From the NCBI RefSeq assembly GCF_023055435.1, contig NW_025964361.1, forward strand, positions 12,710,001 to 12,774,000: 64,000 nucleotides of DNA. The letters run 5' to 3'. The stretch's first letter is position 1. The number at the start of each line of letters is the position of its first letter. The DNA is from Haliotis rufescens. Taxonomy: Eukaryota. The notes below the pieces were generated by a model, which did not search any database, was not told where the DNA came from, and saw only the letters and a list, made by a program, of their open reading frames with translations. This document shows, in pieces, positions 63,587 to 64,000 of this stretch. The position numbers were made by a program, and so were the translations under genes.

Positions 63587-64000
63587 CCAGACTTGATTAT
63601 TTACAGGCCTCTGTCTTATAACTTCTTTGATAGGCATTTAGAAGTTGGAATACTAAGAAAGGTAGGATTTATGGATGAACAACTTCTTTATTACAATTAA
63701 GAGCGACGTTTCAGTGTAGGTTTTTGTCTCTGATATGCATGATATGTGTTTAACTTTAAAATACCACAACTTCTAAGTTCCTCTTTTTATGTGAGAAATA
63801 AATTTTCTCACAACAACAAATGTATGCCACCATTACGTGCTGGTTGTGTAAATAAGCTGACCTACATTTTTTTACACAGTTTTCTGTTGTTGCCATGGAA
63901 ACAGCATGATATGAAAATTTGAAATGCAGGGCATATCAGCATGCTAACTAAGTGTCGACTATGCATGGTTCGTACCCTGCTTAGTCATGTTGCTGAATAC

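Noticed and set aside
63888-63903. RFX X-box gttgccatggaaac
   Set aside because: The same motif occurs inside a repeat at ~46986 and ~47154, and no linked gene is identifiable in the window.

Overview
AT-rich eukaryotic DNA. The repeat families look molluscan, possibly abalone; that is recall-based inference, not shown by the sequence. Bases ~1-46.7 kb are a head-to-tail tandem array with a period of ~13-14 kb. Each unit is almost entirely transposon debris (mostly I/Nimb-type LINE fragments) plus one gene whose CDS is a single exon: a 378-aa predicted secreted protein with degenerate LDL-receptor class B (YWTD-like) beta-propeller repeats. Four copies are visible: two intact (2884-4020, 30430-31566) and two pseudogenes. 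The intact copies show a strong excess of amino-acid-changing differences at the C-terminus, and the units are recombination mosaics. Individual units carry private events: a TSD-flanked RTE-X-like LINE with a 2A-like peptide, a CTCF-like motif and a nested solo LTR; a TA-flanked 1.1-kb insertion; a hairpin-ended element present in two inverted (flip/flop) forms next to a 560-bp inverted duplication; a 1.15-kb tandem duplication; and a double fold-back. Each unit also holds a decayed GC-rich orphan ORF behind a CCAAT/TATA promoter. The right part contains a 27-bp satellite, a mariner remnant, the complete 3-exon ANAPC10 (APC10) gene on the minus strand (187 aa; 23-bp satellite in intron 2) and several SINEs. 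No CRISPR, rRNA or bona fide tRNA gene was found. All alignments and counts were done by eye, so boundaries of decayed repeats are approximate.
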